From: Octopus vulgaris
Lineage: Eukaryota
Assembly (NCBI GenBank): GCA_951406725.2
Contig: OX597814.1
Span: 43,400,001 to 43,464,000, forward strand
Reading direction: 5' to 3'
DNA length: 64,000 nt
Below are positions 51,806-64,000 of the stretch, piece by piece. Every line of letters starts with the position of its first letter. Position 1 is the stretch's first letter. The position numbers and the translations under genes were made by a program. Under the pieces are notes generated by a model. The model saw nothing but the letters and a program-made list of their open reading frames with translations, searched no databases and was not told the origin of the DNA.

Positions 51806-52960
51806 TTGGCTTTCAGTTATTCCATAAATGGGAAAATGCATTAGATACTAGAAAATGTACATGCAGGGCAGACACCAGGACCTACATTCTTCAGTTATCG
51901 ACCGAAAATACTAATAGCTAGGCATCTAGTGGCACTATGCGGAAAATGAAAATCTGTCATTGGTCACGTGTGGGTAGCAGATACAAGGGAAGGAGGGAGA
52001 AAGAGAGTGGAAGACAGAGAGAAGGAAACAACAGGGGAAGGAAGCGAAATGTCTACAATTATGTTTGAGATGATGAAAGAGAGGGAGAGAGGAACTAGGG
52101 ATGCTAGAAAAGGAATATCAGGACGAGAGTGAAAGAAAGAGTCGCGAAATATATATACAAATTAACTCTTGAGAAAAGTCGGGATACCTGGCGTTCAGTT
52201 ATTCCATAAATGAAAAATGCATTAGATACTAAAAAAACCTACACGAAGGACATCAGGAACTAATTTCTTCATAAGTTATCGGCCGAAAATTCTAATAACT
52301 AGTTTCATGCCCTTATCGATAAAGCATGACACTTCATATATTGGCGGCTCGCGCGAAATGTAAGTAGAATTAGGGCTCGAACGAAATAATACAGGGTGGA
52401 TATACAAAAGTAAACAAAACTAATTTGAAATGATAGACGAAGACAGTAAGTAAATAAAGCCTTAGGCCCAAAGAGGTGAATAATGGTTTAACGCCTGGAA
52501 GAAATCCTCGAATGGATATAAAAACAGAATTAGTTAGAGAGGAGAAGATAGGAGAAAAAATGTAGGTGTCCAATGGGGAAGAGGCGGAAAGTGGAATATC
52601 AGTCACCGGTCACGTGTGGATAGCAGATAGAATAGAAGGAGGAGAGTGAGAAAAGCAGAGAGATAGAGAGAGTGGCGGAGAGAGATAGAGAGAGTGGCAG
52701 AGAAAGATAGAGAGAGCGGCAAAGAGAGAGATAGAGAGAGTGGCAGAGAGAGAGAGAGAGTGGCAAAGAGAGAGAGAGAGAGAGAAAGAAAGAACGGGGG
52801 AATGAAGGGTGCTGCCGATATACAAAGTTCCTAGTCTTAACGCTCAAGTCATGAAACTAGGTATTAGTATTTCTGGTCCATAACTGATGAAGAATATGTG
52901 TCCTGGTGTCTGTTCTACGTGTACTACGTTTTGTAGTATTTAATGCATTTTTCATTTATT
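51806..52960. mobile_element. MITE-like element with ~120-bp inverted ends plus an upstream partial copy
   Basis: Unit A (ataaatg.aaaatgcattagatacta...) direct at 51806-51920 and 52190-52310, inverted at 52845-52960; unit B ggtcacgtgtgg.tagcagata at 51962 and 52608. Confidence 0.6.
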
Positions 52961-53562
52961 ATATATATATATATTATAGTGAAAGAGAAAGAAAGCAGAT
53001 AAAAAAGAAGGAAATAGACAGGGAGAGAAGAGAGAGGTGGGTCGGATATATATTTCTGTGTTATTTGTTTTGAGCTCTATGTGCTTCCATACATTGCCAT
53101 AATTGCCTTTCCATTTTGCAGGATGGATTAATTATCTGTTCAGGACTGTAAATTTGTGTAATTGTCAGAAACATACACATCACATACTCAAAACGCACGT
53201 AATATCCTATGTCGTAATATCCAATGACTTTCACAAAATGTTCATGCAACTTAGGTATAGGGAAAGTAATTTATCGCCTACTAAACAGTATAAATAAAAG
53301 CATTATTAAACGTTACCCTGCAGTTTTGTTTATGACGGACTGAATTTAAATTCTTTATATATGCAGGAAAGAAGAAAAATGCTAGGTTAAACCAAATCTA
53401 TAAATGAGACGAAGTGTGAGGTGTTATAAAATGAAAGTGAGGTTAATCAAACAGTCTGTAATGGACTTTCAATAATTACTTTTCTAACATATTTTAACAG
53501 TAGAATGAGAAGTAATTATTGGAAACTAACGCTATACTCACATACACATGTAAACACGCAAA

Positions 53563-53613
<51 letters not shown>

Positions 53614-54299
53614 ACACACACACATATGCTGAGAAAAGGAGACAGAAAGAGAGAGAGAAACATACAGAGACAGACAGACAGAGTAGAAGTGAGAGAGAAA
53701 CTTATATGTTCCATTTACTTTGCAAGAAATACTATCTCTATATCTCTTTACGAGAAAATAATGTGTGTGGCAAATTACTAAGTGTTAATTTTCAATGGTG
53801 TCAAATTATTAGTTATAATTGCGCATGATATAATAGTATAATGTCATATTATATTACAATGGAAGGTATATTTTTCGACATGGATTGGCTTGAAGGAAGA
53901 TTTATGTTTAATGCTAATGAGGCCAAATAGCAGATACCAGGTTATATATCAACGACAAGTAATAAATAAATGAGACAAAATTATGAAATTGCAACGCTTA
54001 AAACTGTTTATCATTACACAATATATAATAGCTAATATTGCATATAATATTTTCTCCATCGACCGTCTACTACACTATATACTCTAATATTACACACCTC
54101 CATACGAACCAAGCTAATTAGTAGTTGCACATGTTTAGCATTTTTCTTAGACAGTTTAGAAATTTCATACGGAGAGTTGAAGTAGAAGTATTTTAAATTA
54201 TCCAATGATATGTGCTTATAAGTCTGATCATATATGCCTGTATCAGATTGTATCTATGTATGCGTGTGTGAAATATTTGCGCAAATTAGAAAAGTAGTA

Positions 54300-54360
54300 A
54301 ATATTATTACTATTATAATTATTATTATCATTATTATTATTATTGTTATTATTATTATTA

Positions 54361-54419
<59 letters not shown>
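54300..54419. repeat. (ATT)n microsatellite
   Basis: Direct reading. Confidence 0.96.
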
Positions 54420-56680
54420 GCCTTTGCGCAGCTTCTAAAGTTGGAGATGTACTAGAGTGTCAGCTGCTCACTACCAGTGAACTAAGGTAACAGGTCTTAT
54501 TTTTCGAGTCTTTCCGGAGTATTCGCGCTGTTCAAAGCAGTGTCGTTTTTCTGCAAGTGCTCCACCCTGGTTGCAGCCACTATTTTTTGCACGTACTTCA
54601 CGAGATTTTATTCACTGTTCCCAGGGCTCCGACAATTATTGGTACTACTGCTACTTTTTTCATCGACCAATGCTAACCTGTCATTTCTCTCAACTTTTCT
54701 TTCTTCTTTATAGCATAACTTCTACTCAGCTGGGCATGCTATATTTATGATCCAGTATAGTTTGTTTTCTTTCTCAATTAAGACTATGTCCGGCTTCCTA
54801 TCTCTATCTCATGCTCGCACTGAATCATAAAATCCCACAGGGTCTTTGCATTTCTGTTCTCGATGATACCTTCAGGCTTGTGGTCGTACCGATGTTTTGC
54901 TCTGTCAAGTCCATACTTGTTGCAGCGTGTCCAATACACAAGTCTGGTTATATTGTCGTGACGTCTCTTATATTCCATCTGGGCTAGTGGCGTATATTGG
55001 CTGGTAATATGCCATACAGCTTCACCGTTTGTCCACAGAATCTACACTTATCACTTGCTACTGTGTTGTCTGGTCTGTATTTTAAGTAGTTTGTTCTTCG
55101 TGGTTGCTCTTGGGCAGCACAGATTAGAGCCTCCGTTTCCGGTTTAAAATCACTTTTATTCATCCACAGCCTTCTTTTTTCTTTGTCTTATCTTCAACAC
55201 CCCTATGAAATTGACCGTGCATTCTTTTTTAACCCACCTATTTTCATTGTCATTCGTTTTCAATTTCTTGTATCTTTCATCTTACACAAGCCTGACCTTC
55301 TTCCTTCTAACAACAGCGGTTCCGTGGCATTTTTACATACCGTGCTATGTTGTTTTCTTCTGCTCTAATGCTGTGTTAACATCCAATATGTCCTCTTACC
55401 CTCTTTTTATTGGTACATACAATCTGTCTGTTTCACTTTGTGGATGAAGTGACCCATATCTAGTTAGCAACTTCCCTGTCTTTCTGTCTAAGCTGTGTAG
55501 TTCGTCTACTATCCATGCGATTACCCCTGCTCCATATCTAAGGAGTGAACCGCCCAGGTGTTGATAGTTTCGATCTTATTCCGTTCATTTAATTTCGAGT
55601 TAAGGATCAGTCTCAGTCTGCGCAAGAACTCCGCCTTAAATTTTTCTATCATTTCTTTCTCCATCTATTTATCCATATCCAAAATCCCCCATGTATTTAT
55701 AGCCTGTCTATTCTATCTGCTTCATAACCTCACCCAAAAGGTATAATTAGCCCATCCATACATTTGATTTAGCCTCTCTTGAAGACAAACACACCACACT
55801 TTCTCAGCCCAAACTGCATTCTGATATCAGCAAGGGAACTAACTTGGGCTTCATCTTTACCATAAAGTTTGAGGTCATCCATGAATAACAAATGCTTGAC
55901 ATTTTGCTGGCGGCTTTTGAATACATACCCAGCTTTTACTTTCCTCAGATTCTGTGTTAGTGGTTTCAAGCACAGTACAAAGACCAGTGGGGACAGGCAG
56001 TCCACTTGGAAGATGTCCCTCCTAATTTCTACTGTCCTTAAACTTCTTCCGTATGCTGTCAGGTTGGTCCTCCAATTCGCCATACTTTTCCCAAGCAATC
56101 GCTCAACATTCGATGCAATACTAAAGAGTTTTATACACTCTATAATCCAAAAATGTGGGATCATATCGTACACCTTAGGATAGTTGATTCACTACATGGC
56201 TAAGTTACTTTTCCTCCTCTTGCAGTCTCTAAGTACAGTTTTGTCTATCAAGTGTTGATCCTTGGTAACTCTGCACTTACGCTTCAAACCTTCTGCTCAT
56301 GTGGCAGGACTCCATTTTTTCCCAGATGTTCGGAAATTGACTCTGCTATTATTCCAGTCAATAATTTCCACATAAGTGGCAAACTGGATATCGGCCGGTA
56401 ATTGTCTACCGCATTGCCTTTTTCGATGTTTTTCAGGCACAGCACTGTCCTACACAATGTCAACCAGTCTGACGTTCCTTGATCGATATTTAACAAGATG
56501 ATGAGTTTGCAGCTATTCGTGCATGACATTCGCCAAATCTTTCGATCTAGTAGCCTTGAACTCAATCTGGTCCCGGGGCCTGCCAATTTCTCATATTTCT
56601 TTTTGCTGATTTCGTTCACTTCTCTAACTGAAATGACTAGTTCTGCCTGTTTTGAACAGACTACTGTTTGTTTCAGTTCT
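54420..56680 (-). mobile_element. R4/Dong-like non-LTR retrotransposon (RT plus restriction-like endonuclease), 5'-truncated pseudogene
   Basis: [19 protein letters not shown]; YDMIPHFWI; IFQVDCLSPLVF; HLLFMDDLKLYG; YKRRHDNI; LWDFMIQC; VVPIIVGALGTV; (TAA)n-type arrays on both sides. Confidence 0.88.
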
Positions 56681-56714
56681 ATTATTATTATTATTGTTAT
56701 TATTATTATTATTA

Positions 56715-56769
<55 letters not shown>

Positions 56770-56793
56770 CATCATCATCATCATCATCACCAC

Positions 56794-56837
<44 letters not shown>

Positions 56838-56845
56838 CCATCATC

Positions 56846-56905
<60 letters not shown>
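56681..56905. repeat. (ATT)n(ATC)n(ATT)n microsatellite
   Basis: Direct reading. Confidence 0.97.
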
Positions 56906-57062
56906 GACTAGGTAGTTAAGTAACAGGAGACTAACCGATGTTAAATGCATATAACTATCAGGAACAATTGTGAAATATAATTGAAGTGTTTTTATGTTAT
57001 TTTTTAATAACTGATAGGAAATGTTGTGACAATAGATATAAAGTTTTCATTTTGGATTTGTA

Positions 57063-57115
<53 letters not shown>

Positions 57116-57749
57116 CTTAAACATCATTAATAGAAAAACAACACGTCAATGATCAACTTATATTTCACCTTAAAAAATACCGTATCTCAACACTTGAAAA
57201 TAGGGTTAAAAATGTTTTTCTTGAACTCCAAATGAGTTTATCTCTATTGGCTGAAGACTTGGGCTAGGTCTTTGCAATTAGGATTTAATATTAGCACAAC
57301 TCTAATAGTGATGTGAATAATGATACCTTTTTACTTTTAGATACACGTAAATGGAATATGAGGTTTTATAGAACTTATTTACACTAAAATATATTTTAAA
57401 CATAATAATCATTTTCCTATAGTCTATATATAATACTTGTCTACATATGTAGAAGAATAGGAACAATTATTATGTATTTATGTGAAAATATTTAGTATAA
57501 TGTTTTGTATATGTGTGAAGATTCGGCAACACAGAACTACAGGAATAACAAATGTTATCGTAGTTCAAAATATTATTGCTGCATATAATGCAATAATGAC
57601 TAATATTTTATAGTGTATTCATGAATGGAAGTTCGATAAGAAATTGAATATATTTTCTGGAACGAATCTTTATATGTTTGCCGTATAGTTCCATGCATAC
57701 AAATATTTTCATTTTGAAAGTTCTTGAACCTGTATACGACTAAACAAAA

Positions 57750-58350
57750 GAATTAGAATCTGGAAGTGATTATCAATGAACGCTGTCAAAATTTCAAAAT
57801 CAATGAATATGCATACAACAAGCAGATGTGTCCATTCGTTTAACATGGTAAAGAAAAAAGGTAAAGCTTCCAAAGCTTCACAGTATTGTATTAGTAACTA
57901 GGTCGCATGTGTGCGACGTAGAATTGACGTGTTAAGAAACAAGTAAAGAGTGTATTTAGTAACCTTTCTCTGGTAATAATGCTGTTATTTCCGTACATTA
58001 AACAATTATGTAGATCCTATAGAGCAAATGTAAATTTTATTATTGCAATCAGTGACCCAAATAAACCAAACAATTAATATGTCCTCAAATGAATCAACTC
58101 ATGTGATGTATAGTGTTATCATGTTCGTCAGAATTTTTCCCTCGGTCATCTAAGCAAGTAAGTTGGTTCAGAAGCAAAATCCAGAGGTTGTATCAAACTA
58201 TCAATGTGATATTTGGTTTCAGCCTCACTAAAACTGCTCTTTAGAAATTATGAATATGTTATACTGTTAACGTCTCAACAAACAATCTACAGAAGAAATT
58301 TTTTTAATAGTATTAAGACATGAGGATACAGAATCATAATAACAATTGTT
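57750..58350 (+). mobile_element. Possible ancient hAT (Charlie/Buster-like) transposase remnant
   Basis: Fragmentary VRRRIDV, FIIAI.D, VIMFVR and STEEIF in the expected order, with frameshifts. Confidence 0.35.
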
Positions 58351-58401
58351 AGCAAGGACCTGATATTCTAGTAAACATCAGCAATATACGTAATAATATA
58401 C

Positions 58402-58442
<41 letters not shown>

Positions 58443-59778
58443 AAACAACTGAGTGTGAAGAAAGAGGAAGACTAGCTGGTGATTCATTTGATGGGCAAAG
58501 GCTCAGTTGTAACCCACTGGGATATAAGGCTGAGACTTATATATAAGTTTTTTTCTTTCATTGAAATCTAACTTACTTGGATTAGCATTGCATTGCAAAG
58601 ATGATTTCCACGCTGAGACAATCTAGAAGAACCAGAAACTAAAGACCTTTAATAACTAGTTGATCAGAAATAACTTCTCTACAACCTGATCTATCAAATT
58701 ATAATACGCTCCGAAGACCTGAGGAAGTTAGATATCTACACAAGAATATGAGTCAATCTTTGATTCTGTTAAGACGTATTTAGTAAACTTTAAGAGAACA
58801 TACTATTCTCTATTATGAAATTTGTTCATCGTATGCCAATAGTAAAGAAGACAACATAACTCCAGAAAGAAATATCGATGGCGATATCTACTAGAAGAAT
58901 TACTGAAAGTAAAGTATTTGCCAATGAGCAAAATTAGGGTTTTCTTAAAAGAGTTAGAAGTCTACAAGTGGTAAAGACATGGTGGACACAAACTGTTTCT
59001 AATAAAATCCAGATAAAGTTCAAGGTTTTTTTAAATTTTTTTTTTATCTAACGCTATAGAGAATAAATGAATTAAGTGAAGTAAATTCCGATTTGTTTTC
59101 TAAACAATAAAGTAAAAAAAATAATTTGAGAAATATTTTGAAGTGTATCACTATCTGCTAGCTGGAGATACAAATTCAAACTGGTTTTTATAGAACTTGT
59201 TTAAAAAGAGTAACACACAATAACGGTCCGAATGCACGATACTTTCCTGCTTTATAGATGTTCCACAACTGTGAATTTATAAAGGCATGAATATGTCAGC
59301 ATTATCATCTTAGTAATCATTCTTAACAACCATTTCCATATTACACTTACAGTTATTAAAGATGTGAACTGAAATAGAAATCTTCTGTCTCTTAACACAG
59401 CATTGTTGTTCATACTGTCTACGTTAAGCTAAGCATAGTTTGATTACGCAGTTGGTATATGATACTAATGGTAGAAGAGCGTGCATATTTTTCAAGAAAT
59501 TAAATTTTCTTCTTCCTATATTTGAATGCATTGACTACCATAGTATCCACTTGCAGAGTATTATGGGTAATTAATCATATTCCTACTTTCAAATTGAGAC
59601 ATTTCCACAGGTATACATGATTGCATTTTTAATTAATTGTAAAAAGTATATATACATGTGCGCGTGCGCGATTGTGCATGATGTATGTGTGTATACATGC
59701 ATGTATGCATGCACGGACCTATCTATATAAGGGAAGCTATGCATATGCATAAACGTATACAGCCATACATTGGGGCTC

Positions 59779-59823
<45 letters not shown>

Positions 59824-60051
59824 GATACATATGTGTGTGTGCGCGCGTGTGTCCGTGTGCAAGTATGTGTAAGTGTGTATGCGTGAGAGTGTATGTGAGT
59901 ATGTGCGTGTGCCTACGTGCTTGTGTTTGAAGGGGGTGTAAACAGAAGCAGCATGCCTATAATCAATTATTTTGGAACAACTGAAATTATAGAAAATTAA
60001 ATTCTATAGATGTAAATTTACAATTGTTCCCGTTAATTAGAAACAAACGAT

Positions 60052-60276
60052 GTAAGGCGGTGAGCTGGCAGAAACGTTATCACGCCGGGTGGAATGCGTA
60101 GCCGTATTTCGTCGGCCGTTACGTTCTGAGTTCAAATTCCGCCGAGGAATCCATTCTTTCGGGGTCGATTAAATAAGTACCAGATACGCACTGGGGTCGA
60201 TATAATCGACTCAATCCATTTGTCTGCCCTTGTTTGTCCTCTCTGTTTGTAGTCCCTTGTGGGTAGTAAAGAAATA
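60052..60276 (+). mobile_element. SINE with 13-bp target-site duplication
   Basis: tggcagaa A-box-like and gagttcaaattcc B box; body ggggtcgattaaataagtaccag; agaaacaaacgat at 60039-60051 and 60277-60289. Confidence 0.88.
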
Positions 60277-60815
60277 AGAAACAAACGATTTAAGGCCACT
60301 GTAAAAGTAACTAATCTTCCTTTCCCCCATCGTCTGACAAATTAAGGTTATGCACGATACTTTCTGATGTTATTATTCATATAAAAGTATCCCAGATTAC
60401 AATCTAAAATTATAAATGAAGTCGCATCGACTACCACGAAAAGATCCTGCCTTCATAAACCTCGAAGAGTAGCACATGAGGTTTAGGAACATATCAAAAA
60501 TGCACCTTGTATATACTCTAAAATGTGCTATTACAGTATAAATTATAACAGATATTTAATTGTTGTGATGCACAAAAAAGCAAAACTTCTACCTTATTAA
60601 ACAAGTAGTCTAAAGTGCATCTCAATGATTTCGAGTTTCTTTATAAACAAGATGATATTGTTTCAGCATACAAACATATCATGAAATGAATAAATTTATA
60701 GTTTCTTTTGCAAACTTATAACTTTCAGTAGGACAAACCATGATCTTTAGGATACTTCTAATCCACTAGTCCAGATAATACCTAATAATTTGTAATAGAT
60801 ACATCATAACATCGA

Positions 60816-62071
60816 TTGGGTCATCATATAAATAATTCGGTTTTTTTATACTACATTTATATTTCAAAATTACGATAAACAACGTACTTTTTTTATTCTA
60901 AAATATACTCTCCTTCATTTTCTGCACCGCTCTTTCACCTGGTGACTTGCAAGGGCTCTCTTCCAAAATACTCCTCCAGTACCGATATGCCCTCGTCTAC
61001 AGAATTCATATTTTTGGGTCAGAATGATTTTAAAGACTGCAGCATAAATGATGCTCAGAATGGCAAATATGTCCGGCAAATATGGCGAGTGGAGCATCGT
61101 TTTACATTCAAACACTTCCAGCCTTTCGAATGTCATCCTCGCTTTATGTAGCCGATCATTATCCTGATGCAAGAACACCTTTCATCTTCAAACCAAATAT
61201 GGTCGTTTTTTTTCTTCTTCTAGCGCTGATTTCAGACAATCAAACTGCTCGTAGTAACCTCCTTCCTTATCGTTTGGTTTGGGTTTAAAGGTTCAAAGTG
61301 GAATAAACCTTCCATATACCACCAAACAGTTAACAACACCTTATTTGGGTGAAGCCTATCTTTAGCCTGAGGTGCCGGTATTTCTCCTTTCCCTAACCAC
61401 TGTCTTTGACGATTGACATTTTTATAGAGAATCCATTTCACGTCACCAGTCACTATTCGGCCGAAAAGATGTTCAATCGTGAGGCGTGACAGCAAAGAAC
61501 ATACATTCACTCTCTGCCTATGATCAGATACGGTAGGTTTGTGAGGAACCCAGTGACCCAATTTGCTTACTATTCCGATGACACGCAAGTGCCGAGGAAT
61601 AGTTCAATGACCAATTATAAGATTCTCTGCAAGTTCCTCGACAGTTACGATGGGGTTTGTTCCACCAGGGTTTGCCGAACGTCCTCGTCGAGCTGTACAG
61701 ATCTTCCAGGACGAGGCTCGTCTTCTAGGTTGTAGTTTCCGGCTCGGAATTTCTAGAACCACATTTGACACTGGCTTACGCTTGTTGTCCTTTCCCTATA
61801 TACTGCATTAATATTCCCCACACTTTCCGTTGCGTTGTTGCGTTATGGAACTCATAAAGCAAAATATGCCGAATATGCTTCTTTGTCATTTCCCATCTAA
61901 CTTTGAAAAAAATAACTGCTAAAATCGAACTGCACTCTTCAAAAATAAGGACGAGGTAAAATTCCAACCTAACTATAATAGCGAGTGATGCAAGTAGTTT
62001 ATCTCGTCCTCCTCCGAATTTTAGTTCATGCAAGTGAAAAAAATAAATGCAGTATTTATGGGATGACCCAA
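60816..62071 (-). mobile_element. Full-length decayed mariner transposon
   Basis: TIRs ttgggtcatc..ataaata at both ends; MTKKHIRHILLYEFH, GHWVPH, IVTGDVKWILYKN, HPNKVLLTVWW, LHQDN, HSPYLPD. Confidence 0.92.
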
Positions 62072-64000
62072 TATATCGAGGACGAGAGTTACCTAATGGA
62101 CAGATTCAATGGCAGCGCAGTATTGGTACGAAAATTACTAGTGTTGTACGGATAGAATACGTAACTGATATCACCTGTAATTTACTCGTAAATGCTTATG
62201 TCATATCTTGTAAGACGGGATATTATATCCCATTCTCATGTACTGCAAAATATCTGAGTTACAACGCTATACCTTACTTTCCGTAATTATTGCTACAAGT
62301 AGACAGGAAATATTTCTAATGAAAGGTTTTAATGCAGCATATCCTCTCTTTGCTCCTTCCCAGTAAATACCAGCACGGTTTCTATTCAGCAACATCTATA
62401 GCACTTGCGCGCTCATCACATCACTTTTGATGAACGACGAAACCTCTAGTTTTGAACATGGTATCAGTAAAACTTTTAACCTTGTTGTAATTTAGAACCT
62501 GCTAGATCAGGTTCTCACATGTGCATTCTGCTTCTCATGCCTTTATGTGCCTAATTATTGATTGTGAAACGCAATATAAGGGCACTTGGTAACTGACATC
62601 ATATCAGTTCTAGTGCTCAAAGATTTCTTCTATACAGGAGCACACACTTTTCTATCTATTATTTATAATGACACGACTTCACGAGCTTCACTTTCCAATT
62701 GAGATGCTCCATGCATATTAAACATTTGCAGTCATGCAAACTTTCCTAATTTTATAATAATAGACGACATGTAAATGAATAACATAAGTCATGGTTTGGC
62801 TTAAAGAAAAGAAATCCTTGTAACCATACCCTGCTGATGGCAGTATGCCTTCTTTACCATCACAATAGTAGACTAGTTACATATTGATATATGGCCAACA
62901 TCATTATACTTCTGTTTTATTGCTGGCAAATAACTTGTGAAATGTCACAACTTTTATGAACTTTACAAACGTTAGACTTCAACTTCATTAATGATTTCAT
63001 ACTGCGGTTAAATATATTATTAATAAGTAGTTTGAATATTCAGAGTTAGAAATCCATTTTATTTCCCATCAGATTCTTTAGTATACAGTGCAGAAAACGA
63101 TTTTGTTATGGTTTCTCGTATGTTGTGGGTAGATTAGAAATCTAGTATTTCTCACTTCTCCCCTTTCGTACCTATGAAAGAAAAGCATTGTGAACTTTCA
63201 AATGCCGTAACAAACTACGTTCCTCATTCCGCAACAATTTTCTTTCACTTTCTTATCATTTTAATTCATACATGCTAATACGAAGCTTTGTGATGTAAGT
63301 GTTTATTTGATCCCATATCTGAGATGAAGCATAAGATTTAAACACATTAATTCCAGACTGCTTCTTATGTGATGAGAAGAATTGAGCTTTACTGAATAGA
63401 AATAATAAGCCTTTTCTATGGAATCCATGAATACTAATATTAAATGAAATTTCTTCAAGTCCTTTTAACTATTAATCGGAATAATTCTGAATATTTACAG
63501 ATGAATAATTAAGCTTCACTTGGAGTGGGTTTAAAAACAACATTTGCATTGATTATAAGTGAAGATTTCATATACTAATGATGTTTATCAAACATTAGGA
63601 AATTTAAGTTTTTGGAATGATATCTGAAACAAAATTTTATAAAATGAAATGTTGGATTCCACTTGATGTCTCATATCCATGGCAATAGATTTATCTATTA
63701 TAACCAAAAAATGTATTACACAATAATGAACGAATATTTTGTATTAACTTTGGATAATTTATCTGAAAATTACACTCTTGTGCAAAAATTTCGGTTTTTT
63801 GCTTTAGGTAAATTTTGTCCTTTCAAACTGAGATGTTCCATGCGTATCATACTTTTACAAGCATGCAAACGTTTCTAATTTCCTAATAACAAACACGCCA
63901 CGAATCTATGTAACGTTACTGAAGGCAGCCTAATTAAATATTTCCTAAACAAGCCTCCAACAAACTATTTACTGTCACTGATAAATGCGTTTAATTAAAC

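Noticed and set aside
52880-52930. CTGATGA as a hammerhead
   Set aside because: No stem II followed by GAAA. The same applies to hits near 3551, 4427, 13493, 37724 and 45637.

Overview
An AT-rich, microsatellite-saturated eukaryotic window. The repeat repertoire resembles a cephalopod (Octopus-like) genome; this is an inference, not a database match. No intact host protein-coding gene is recognisable, and most ORFs in the track are microsatellite artefacts. The window is a graveyard of mobile elements: three mariner transposons, several Penelope-like retroelements (PLEs, including one with permuted endonuclease-before-RT order), RTE LINE 3' ends with C2H2 zinc fingers, an R4/Dong-like LINE in TAA repeats, a Gypsy remnant, a non-autonomous Helitron, MITE-like elements and tRNA-derived SINEs. 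The most notable hidden layer is about a dozen minimal type-I hammerhead ribozyme motifs, two with a complete core, in short modules mostly embedded in (TA)n or (TAA)n. Three of these modules form head-to-head fold-back elements whose inversion point lies at or near the ribozyme. One RTE copy shows a clean twin-priming-type 5' inversion. All coordinates and folds were read by eye.
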